64,000 nucleotides of DNA from positions 92,736 to 156,735 of the forward strand of contig CAZVJB010000001.1 in assembly GCA_964627625.1 (NCBI GenBank), written 5' to 3'. Both the position numbers and the translations under genes were made by a program. Source of the stretch: an uncultured Halobacteriales archaeon. GTDB lineage: Archaea > Thermoplasmatota > E2 > JACPAO01 > JAHFTW01. A model generated the notes under the pieces. The model saw nothing but the letters and a program-made list of their open reading frames with translations, was not told where the DNA came from and made no database searches. Shown here piece by piece: positions 52,883-59,725 of the stretch; position 1 is the first letter of the stretch, and each line of letters begins with the position of its first letter.

Positions 52883-53716
52883 GTGCGAGTTCTTGTCTGC
52901 AGCCGCGCGGATACCGCGAGCGTCAACCTGCGTGACCGCATCCTAGAACTCGGCGACTGGGAGCGCACGAACCGGACGTTTCGCGGCCACGAGGTCTGGT
53001 CACAAAGTGAGGCCATCATGGTCGAGGTCGAGGGCCCCAGCATCCACGACGAGGCGCTCGACGGCGACCTCAAAGCGTTAGGCCTCCCACTACGCGACGT
53101 CTGGTTTCTGTCCAAGCACCGGGCGGAATCAGGCCAGCCGAGTTTCACCGTGCATCCAATCGGCAACCACGGCGAAGCGCGCTTCGGCGGCAAGCCGCAG
53201 AGGCCAAGCCCGGCAGCGGCACGCGACATGGGGGCCTTGCTGCGACGACTGCGTTTCCACCGCGACGCCGCAGGATTGCCGCACCAGGTGACGTACGAAG
53301 CCACGCACCATGGGCCGTTCATGTCGATCCCGACCTTGTTTGTTGAGATTGGCTCCGATGAGTTATGGTACGCCGACAAGTCCGGCGCGCAGGTGGTTGC
53401 GCGTGCCGTACAAGAAGTTCTACGAGGCGAAGGGCGTTCGGCGGGACCTGTTCTAGTGGGCGTCGGCGGCGGCCATTATGCTCCTCGGCAGACGGATATC
53501 GCGGTGTCAGGGAAAGCGGATTTTGGTCATTTGATTCCGGCGCACGCGGTCGCGCTGGCGGACGGACCCGCAGTCCTGCAACGAGCGGTCGATGCCACTG
53601 AAGGCTGCGCTGGGGTTCATGTCCACAAGAAAGGCTTGAAGGGTCCAGAGCGGCAGCGCGTGATGGCCTGGTGCGAAGAAATCGGAATCAAGGTTTGGGA
53701 TGGGGCGTCGGACTGA
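52883..53716 (+). CDS. dtdA: D-aminoacyl-tRNA deacylase, archaeal type
   Basis: YEATHHGP...FVEIGS ... GVGGGHYAPRQT ... FGHLIP. Confidence 0.85.
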   Translation: MRVLVCSRADTASVNLRDRILELGDWERTNRTFRGHEVWSQSEAIMVEVEGPSIHDEALDGDLKALGLPLRDVWFLSKHRAESGQPSFTVHPIGNHGEARFGGKPQRPSPAAARDMGALLRRLRFHRDAAGLPHQVTYEATHHGPFMSIPTLFVEIGSDELWYADKSGAQVVARAVQEVLRGEGRSAGPVLVGVGGGHYAPRQTDIAVSGKADFGHLIPAHAVALADGPAVLQRAVDATEGCAGVHVHKKGLKGPERQRVMAWCEEIGIKVWDGASD

Positions 53717-53891
53717 CGGCGCCGGCCCAGCCGCAGAATTCGCCGATTCGACAAACAACGTCTCTGCGATTCCTGCGGCCGCCTCGCCGCATAGGCCGAA
53801 CGTGCGCGCCTTGGCCTGTCCGAGCCGGGTTATCCGAGATCCTCGCCATGACCGCAAGGGATAAGGCATGGATATACCGATATGGATAACC

Positions 53892-54131
53892 ATGGGTTCA
53901 ATCCGCCTGCAACGCAAGGTCGTAAGGTGGGGCCACGCCTACGGCATCCGTGTGACGAAGGCCGAGATGGGGCGACTGGGACTCCGCGAGAACGACACCG
54001 CAACCGTGGACGTCCGGGCGGAACCGCAACCCGTCGACCTCGGGCACCTCACGCTGCTGCGGTTGGGCCGCAACGCCGCCGAAAACCACGACGACATCAT
54101 CGGGGCAGGACTCGACGATGCCCGTCGTTGA
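53892..54131 (+). CDS. vapB: AbrB/MazE-fold antitoxin VapB
   Basis: MGSIRLQRKVVRWGHAYGIRVTKAEMGRLGLRENDTATVDV. Overlaps vapC by 14 nt. Track start 53868 is an alternative. Confidence 0.7.
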   Translation: MGSIRLQRKVVRWGHAYGIRVTKAEMGRLGLRENDTATVDVRAEPQPVDLGHLTLLRLGRNAAENHDDIIGAGLDDARR

Positions 54132-54519
54132 CACCTCTTTCCTGGTCGCCCTGTTCAACGTCGAGGACGCGCACCACGCCAAGGCGACCAAGCAAGCCGC
54201 GGCAGCGGCAACCCTGATCGTACCGTCCCCGGTGCTGGTCGAGTTCCTGCAGGTCGTATACTACCAGTCACGGCGCGCGCATGGCGAGGCGGATGCGGCG
54301 GGATTGAGTCGCCGCGCCTGCCGGCAACTCGTTGCAATCGCTAGCGTACGGGTCGAGGTGGATTACGGCCACGACAAGGCCCAGGCCATCTTCCTGGCAA
54401 ACAAGAAGCTGACATTCGTTGATGCCGCCGGCTTGCATCTTGCCCGCGCAATGCGGGACGAACTGTACTCGTTTGACAAAGAGCAGTTGGCGGTCTGGAA
54501 GGCGCCAGCTTTTCCGTGA
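54118..54519 (+). CDS. vapC: PIN-domain toxin VapC
   Basis: MPVVDTSFLVALFNVEDAHH ... LTFVDAAGLHLA. Confidence 0.85.
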   Translation: MPVVDTSFLVALFNVEDAHHAKATKQAAAAATLIVPSPVLVEFLQVVYYQSRRAHGEADAAGLSRRACRQLVAIASVRVEVDYGHDKAQAIFLANKKLTFVDAAGLHLARAMRDELYSFDKEQLAVWKAPAFP

Positions 54520-54534
54520 AAGTGCAGCCTAGCA

Positions 54535-54560
54535 GGAGCCGCAGATTTCGCCGATGACGC
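54535..54560. repeat. left-end 9-mer array (CGCAGAT orientation)
   Basis: ggagccgcagatttcgccgatgacgc. 54537-54551 is the exact reverse complement of 55610-55624. Confidence 0.85.
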
Positions 54561-54597
54561 CGGTGCGTGTTCTTGGCGATTCGGCTTACAATCTATG

Positions 54598-55458
54598 CTA
54601 CCTGCCGGGCGGCGGTTTTCGAACCACGGCGCGAAGGCGCGCGAGCATTCGCTCCGCAGACTCCCGCGTGAGCGGGCCTTGCAGGACCGGGTTGGCCAGG
54701 TCGTGGAGGACGGCCTTCACCAATGGGCCTTGGGCGGGCATGAAGCCGATATCGTCGCGTCCCTCAATCGCATTCGCCCATTCCTCCAATTCGGCGGCCG
54801 TGCGCAGGCCATTGAGGAAGTTGTGCAATTGCGCGCCGAGGTGGTCCTTGGAGAATGTGACCATTTCCGTTTCCGAGTCCCAGCCAAACTGAGCGAGATC
54901 CTTCGCAACGCGCGCCGTTCGAGATGGTTCTTCGACCAATTGTACCAGGAGCCGCCACCTGGCGTTTGTCGGGTCGCGCTCGTTCCAAACCGTCCATTCG
55001 CCGGCCTTGTGTTCGAGAAACGGCCGGTCATGTCCGCCCTCTAAGGCCAGATGAACGGGCTTCCCGGTCGCCTTGCCGACCAGCCGGCCAAAGTCAAGCA
55101 AGCATTGGAAAGCCAGGGGCGAGTCCAGCTCGCGCGCGTCGGCGTCGAAATCCAATTCCGCGTCAGTGAAGAAGTAGGAGTTGAGGTGAAGCGGCCCAGC
55201 CGCTATTTGCATCGTCATGCCCGCTTCGGCTCGTCGCGCAAACAGAGCGTTCATCCCGGGCGGCGGCACATCCGTCCCCGTGTCGTCCGTGAATCGCGCG
55301 GGGTAGGACGCCACAACCCGGTCCACAACGAGTTGCCAATCTTGCGCCGAGGTCCCGCGCACCACGACGTCCACGAGCGGGCCGCCCCCGTCCACGCTTT
55401 CGCGGAAGATGGGTTCGCATTCCGCCCAGAACGCATCGGCTTCGGTCAACGGGGTCAC
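54598..55458 (-). CDS. hypothetical protein (cargo of the repeat-bounded segment)
   Basis: 287-codon ORF from GTG 55458 with good third-position G/C bias. No motif recognised. Confidence 0.55.
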   Translation of the reverse strand: MTPLTEADAFWAECEPIFRESVDGGGPLVDVVVRGTSAQDWQLVVDRVVASYPARFTDDTGTDVPPPGMNALFARRAEAGMTMQIAAGPLHLNSYFFTDAELDFDADARELDSPLAFQCLLDFGRLVGKATGKPVHLALEGGHDRPFLEHKAGEWTVWNERDPTNARWRLLVQLVEEPSRTARVAKDLAQFGWDSETEMVTFSKDHLGAQLHNFLNGLRTAAELEEWANAIEGRDDIGFMPAQGPLVKAVLHDLANPVLQGPLTRESAERMLARLRAVVRKPPPGR

Positions 55459-55595
55459 TAGGCGGCTTGTACATAGGGACTTTTGGGGCCGGGAAAAAGA
55501 AGGAAAAGTAGGGCCTCGTAGGCCCCTCAGGCTCAAGGTCGCGAAGCAACATGGCCAAAATCGGGCTTCTCTCGCGTCGCACCAAAAGGGTTGGG

Positions 55596-55626
55596 TATCT
55601 GCGCAATCTGCGAAATCTGCGGCTGC
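55596..55626. repeat. right-end array: three tandem 9-mers
   Basis: tatctgcgc-aatctgcga-aatctgcgg-ctgc. Confidence 0.9.
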
Positions 55627-55707
55627 CCTCGTCGGCGTGGCGGTTCCACGTAATCGCACCTGTCCCAAGTCGGTTTCATCCGTTGCCGTAGACTCCCCGC
55701 GTCGACG

Positions 55708-56643
55708 ATGGGCACCTCCACCCTGAAGGCGAACACCATCAAGGTCGCCTTGGCCCTCGCTGCAATCTACATCATTTGGGGAACGACGTACTACGGCATC
55801 AAGGTGGCAATCGAGACCATTCCGCCACTTCTCATGGCGGGTTTTCGCTGGCTCATTCCTGGCCTTTTCCTGTTCGGGTGGACGATTGCGCGCGGAAACG
55901 GCATGCCAACGGCCGCCTCCTGGCGCCGTGCCGCCATCCTTGGCTTCTTCCTCATGGCAATCGGCAACGGCGCCGTCACCTTCGCCGAAAAGCGCATGCC
56001 GTCAGGGGTCGCAGCTCTCATCGTGGCGACGGTTCCGCTCTGGGCCTCGCTGCTTGAGTGGACGATGGAGGGCAAGCGGCCAGGGCCTATCGTCGGCGCT
56101 GGGCTGGGGCTTGGCTTGGCCGGTGTTGCAATTCTGTCGCAGGAAGGCGGCGGATGGGTTGGCGGTGTGGACCTGCGCTATCTTGCCTTGCCGTTTTTCG
56201 GTTCGCTTGGTTGGGCCTACGGTTCGCTTCTGTCAAGGCGTGGCGTCAAACCACAATGGCCGTGGCAGGACCTGGCATTGCAGATGCTCCTTGGCGGTTT
56301 GTACTTCGTCCTGGGCGGCGCAGCCATCGGTGAATTTCGCGGCTGGAACCCGCTTGAGGTCTCGACCGGCTCGTTATGGGCTGTGCTCTACCTGAGTGTC
56401 GTGGGTTCCGTCGTCGCCATGGGTTGTTACTTGTGGCTACTTCGAGCTACGAGTCCCGCCGTCGCAACAACGTATGCGTTTGTGAATCCCGCCGTCGCCG
56501 TCGCCGTCGGGGTGTGGCTTGCAGACGAGGTCGTCACGGTCCTGACCCTCGCGGCAACAGGACTCATCGTTGCGGCCGTTGCGCTCATCATCTGGTCAAA
56601 GGCGCGACGGCAATCCGTTGTGGACGCCGCCCCGGAAGCGTAG
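55708..56643 (+). CDS. EamA/DMT-family transporter
   Basis: Ten TM segments. AAIYIIWGTTYYGIKVAIETIPPLLMAGFRW is a typical EamA N-terminus. Confidence 0.85.
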   Translation: MGTSTLKANTIKVALALAAIYIIWGTTYYGIKVAIETIPPLLMAGFRWLIPGLFLFGWTIARGNGMPTAASWRRAAILGFFLMAIGNGAVTFAEKRMPSGVAALIVATVPLWASLLEWTMEGKRPGPIVGAGLGLGLAGVAILSQEGGGWVGGVDLRYLALPFFGSLGWAYGSLLSRRGVKPQWPWQDLALQMLLGGLYFVLGGAAIGEFRGWNPLEVSTGSLWAVLYLSVVGSVVAMGCYLWLLRATSPAVATTYAFVNPAVAVAVGVWLADEVVTVLTLAATGLIVAAVALIIWSKARRQSVVDAAPEA

Positions 56644-56731
56644 GTGGATTGCTGGTGACGGCAAGAATGGCGCCCAGCGCGACTCCGCGCAACCCTGGAC
56701 TGGCATCGCCCGTCGCGAGGGCGGGGCCTTG

Positions 56732-56992
56732 ATGCGCACGCTGCCTGGTTCGACGGCCCTGCTGTTGACATTCGCCTGCGCGGCCGCCCCACCGGGAGCG
56801 TCGGCCGCGTCGCCCCTGCTGCCGCGTGTCGTTGCCGACCCCGAGCACGGAACCGTGTGCGTCATCGAGACGCCGGGTTCCGACTTCGGTGTCGCGGCCT
56901 GCGTGCAGGCCTACGACCCGGATTGCCTGGTCCTGGCGGCCTACGCCACGATCGCCGGTCCGTACTATTTCTGCCTGGTGCCGCGGCCGTAG
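56732..56992 (+). CDS. small secreted Cys-rich protein
   Basis: Signal MRTLPGSTALLLTFACAAAPPGASA. Four Cys in the mature part. Confidence 0.45.
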   Translation: MRTLPGSTALLLTFACAAAPPGASAASPLLPRVVADPEHGTVCVIETPGSDFGVAACVQAYDPDCLVLAAYATIAGPYYFCLVPRP

Positions 56993-57019
56993 AAGATTCA
57001 CCACCCCCTTGGATACCGT

Positions 57020-57040
57020 TTTGTATACAAAGCGTATACA
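57020..57040 (+). promoter_or_regulatory. AT-rich TATA-like box embedded in the inverted repeat TGTATAC-N5-GTATACA
   Basis: tgtatac (57022-57028), aaagc, gtataca (57034-57040). Ends 7 nt before GTG 57048. Confidence 0.5.
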
Positions 57041-57047
57041 TCCTGTT

Positions 57048-57269
57048 GTGGACAAAATCCAGTTCCGCGAGGACCCCGCCCTCCTGGACTTCGTGCAGGG
57101 CCGCGGCCTGAACCCTAACGAGGTTGCAAAGCGCGCGTTCGAGGCGGAAGTGCAGCGCATGAAGAGTGACGACTGGTTTGCCAAGATGCGCGAGTTGCAG
57201 AAACACATGAAGCCCATCTCCAAAGAGGACCTCGTTCGGGCCGTGCGCGAGTCGAGGGACGAACATTGA
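57048..57269 (+). CDS. putative antitoxin of the third vapBC pair
   Basis: 74-codon ORF ending in a TTGA overlap with the PIN gene start. GTG start inferred. Confidence 0.55.
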   Translation: MDKIQFREDPALLDFVQGRGLNPNEVAKRAFEAEVQRMKSDDWFAKMRELQKHMKPISKEDLVRAVRESRDEH

Positions 57270-57712
57270 AGTGGGTCGTCGACGCCAGCGCCTTGCTTTG
57301 GACAGGCCAACTCGAGGGCGAGGCGGCCATGACCCTGCAGCGAGCCCGCCGGATTGGACAGGTGGTCGCACCCATGATCCTGGCTTCGGAATGCGGCAAT
57401 GTGGTCCATCGCAAGCATCCCCAAGAGTATGGCCCGAGCGTCGAGTCCCGTGCAGCCGCGCTGGAGCTCATGCTTCGGCAGGCTTCGTTGTTGCCAGCTG
57501 GAGAGGAGATGCGAAGCCTCGCCGGTGCGCTTGTTGCGAAGCACGGGCTTTCTTTCTACGATGCCGAGTACTTGGCTGCGGCCATCTCGCAAGAGGCGAC
57601 TCTGATCACGGAAGACGGCCGACTGCGAACGGTGGCAAGCCACGTCATAGGCTCGACGCGCGCTCTCGACTGGGACGCGGCCCGTCGCAGCCTGCCATCG
57701 ACGGCCGCCTGA
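57266..57712 (+). CDS. vapC: PIN-domain toxin VapC
   Basis: MKWVVDASALL ... SFYDAEYLAAAISQEATLITEDGRL. Confidence 0.8.
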   Translation: MKWVVDASALLWTGQLEGEAAMTLQRARRIGQVVAPMILASECGNVVHRKHPQEYGPSVESRAAALELMLRQASLLPAGEEMRSLAGALVAKHGLSFYDAEYLAAAISQEATLITEDGRLRTVASHVIGSTRALDWDAARRSLPSTAA

Positions 57713-57775
57713 TTCCACAGGAAGTCGCGCACCAGGAATCACCATTGTTATCCCCCCGTCACCACTCCTGGAATC

Positions 57776-59689
57776 GTGCCTGAGACCCTGGTCCCCGATA
57801 CGTCCGTCCTCGTGGATGGTCGCATCACGGAACTCATCGAATCGGGAGAATTTGCCAAAGCGAAGGTGCTCGTTCCGCTTGCCGCCCTTGCCGAACTCGA
57901 AGCCCAAGCCAATCGCGGCCTCGAAACCGGCGTCGCCGGCATGGACGAACTTGCCAATCTGCAAAAGCTCGCCGCCGCTGGACAGATTTCCATCGAGTTT
58001 GTGGGTGAGCGACCGCATCGCGACGAAATTGGCCAAGCCCGAAGTGGCGCAATCGATGCCAAAATCCGTGACACGGCCGTCGCGCACAAGGCTCTGTTCG
58101 TCACGAGCGACCGCATCCAAGCACACGCCGCCGCGGCGCAGGGCATCCGCCACCACTACATCCGCCCGGTCGTCAAGGACACGCCTGATTTGACGGGCCT
58201 CAAGCTCTGGGGTTTCTTCGATGCACAAACGATGAGTGTGCACCTCAAGTCAGATTGCAAACCCATGGTCAAGCGCGGCCAACCCGGCCAAGTGCGCTAC
58301 GAGCCGTTCTCGGCCGCCACACGGGATTCGGGGCACGCAGAACTGCGCGCCATGGCCCGCGAATGCATCGAATTCGCGAAACGTGATTATAACAGTTTTA
58401 TCGAGATGGAAAAGCACGGCTGCACGGTAATCCAACTTGGGCCGCTTCGGATCACCATCGCGCAGCCGCCGTTTTCCGACGGCCTCGAGATCACTGCAGT
58501 GCGCCCAATCACGAAGAAGCACATCAGCGACTACAAGCTAGAACGAGAGTTGATGGATCGCATCGAAGGCAAGAGCCGCGGCGTCTTCGTGGCAGGCCCG
58601 CCGGGTTCCGGAAAATCCACGTTTGCGGCCGCCGTCGCCGAGCACTTGCACGGAATGGCTCGCGTCGTCAAAACGATGGAGCAGCCACGCGACCTGCAAG
58701 TGCCCAAGGAAGTCACGCAATACGGCGCTCTTGACCGCGACATGAAGTGGACCGGCGACGTGATCCTTCTCGTGCGCCCGGACAACGTCATCTACGACGA
58801 GGTCCGCACGACGGAGGACTTCCGCGTCTTTGCCGACATGCGCCTTGCCGGCGTCGGGCTGATCGGTGTGACGCACGCCAACCGCGCAATCGATGCCGTG
58901 CAACGGCTCATCGGCCGCGTTGAACTCGGCATGATTCCGCAAGTGATTGACACGGTCCTGTTCGTGGACGCCGGGGCCATCACGCAGGTCCTCGAACTCG
59001 AATTCACGGTGAAGGTACCCGCCGGCATGCAGGATGCTGACCTTGCCCGTCCCGTCGTCGTCGTGAAGGACGTCATGAACGGCGGCCGCCCGGTCTACGA
59101 GTTATACACGTACGGCGAACAAGTCGTCGTTATGCCGCTTGAACAGGTCGGCCAGGCCAGCGATCCGGCAAGCGCACTCGCGGAGAAACAACTAGCGGGA
59201 ATGCTGCGCAAGTACGTGCAGGGCCCGATGGAAATCAAAGTACGCGGCAACCGTGCGACAATTATGGTAAGCGACTCCGAAGTCCCGGCCCTTATCGGCA
59301 AGGGCGGACGTACCGTTCAGATGCTGGAAAACAAACTCGGAATCGGACTGCAGATTCAAGCACTCGCGGACAAGCCGCGCCGCCGCGACCGGGACGACGA
59401 CCGTTTCCAAGGCGGCGCTGACGATGAGGGCGGCGGCCGGGGCGGGGGCAACCGCCGCGGCGCCGACACAGTCCCGCGCGTCCGCCTCAAGCGCACGAGC
59501 ACGAATGTATTCCTCCTCATTAACGGCGGGCAACCCGGAATGTACCGCGTCGAGGTAGAGGGAGCCATCGTCGGTGAGGCCACCGCATCGAAGGACGGCA
59601 AGTTGCGGTTCAAGACGGAATCGCCCGAGGGTCAGGCCCTGCTGATGGCGGACAAGCGGGGGCTTGAGATTTCGGTCGTGCCTTCGTAG
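57776..59689 (+). CDS. PIN-domain / P-loop ATPase / KH-domain protein (COG1855 type)
   Basis: LVPDTSVLVDGRI (PIN), GPPGSGKST (Walker A), and PALIGKGGRTVQMLE (KH GXXG). Confidence 0.85.
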   Translation: MPETLVPDTSVLVDGRITELIESGEFAKAKVLVPLAALAELEAQANRGLETGVAGMDELANLQKLAAAGQISIEFVGERPHRDEIGQARSGAIDAKIRDTAVAHKALFVTSDRIQAHAAAAQGIRHHYIRPVVKDTPDLTGLKLWGFFDAQTMSVHLKSDCKPMVKRGQPGQVRYEPFSAATRDSGHAELRAMARECIEFAKRDYNSFIEMEKHGCTVIQLGPLRITIAQPPFSDGLEITAVRPITKKHISDYKLERELMDRIEGKSRGVFVAGPPGSGKSTFAAAVAEHLHGMARVVKTMEQPRDLQVPKEVTQYGALDRDMKWTGDVILLVRPDNVIYDEVRTTEDFRVFADMRLAGVGLIGVTHANRAIDAVQRLIGRVELGMIPQVIDTVLFVDAGAITQVLELEFTVKVPAGMQDADLARPVVVVKDVMNGGRPVYELYTYGEQVVVMPLEQVGQASDPASALAEKQLAGMLRKYVQGPMEIKVRGNRATIMVSDSEVPALIGKGGRTVQMLENKLGIGLQIQALADKPRRRDRDDDRFQGGADDEGGGRGGGNRRGADTVPRVRLKRTSTNVFLLINGGQPGMYRVEVEGAIVGEATASKDGKLRFKTESPEGQALLMADKRGLEISVVPS

Positions 59690-59725
59690 GAACGCATATG
59701 CGATGGCCGCAACTGCGCTTCTTGC

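Larger units (their letters stand above)
54535..55626. mobile_element. candidate inverted-repeat-bounded single-gene cassette (nature unproven)
   Basis: A perfect 15-bp inverted repeat (19 of 22 when extended) brackets only the CDS 54598-55458. A related back-to-back copy lies at 21781-21843. No transposase and no target-site duplication were seen. Confidence 0.25.

Noticed and set aside
53885-53905. GGGTTCAATCC string resembling a tRNA T-loop.
   Set aside because: The flanking bases do not form a T-stem (CATGG versus CCGCC). No acceptor or anticodon arms are present, and it lies inside the vapB coding sequence.
55596-55626. Possibility that the 9-mer arrays are a CRISPR-like or iteron origin structure.
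   Set aside because: The units are only 9 bp, have no spacers, and number at most three. No cas, rep or orc/cdc6 gene is nearby. This fits transposon-end or operator arrays better.
56588-58243. 551-aa ORF on the - strand.
   Set aside because: It is antisense to a VapC gene and to the PIN-ATPase-KH gene, both of which have clear motifs. It is Arg/Gly/Ser-rich with no motif, so it is a GC-rich shadow ORF.
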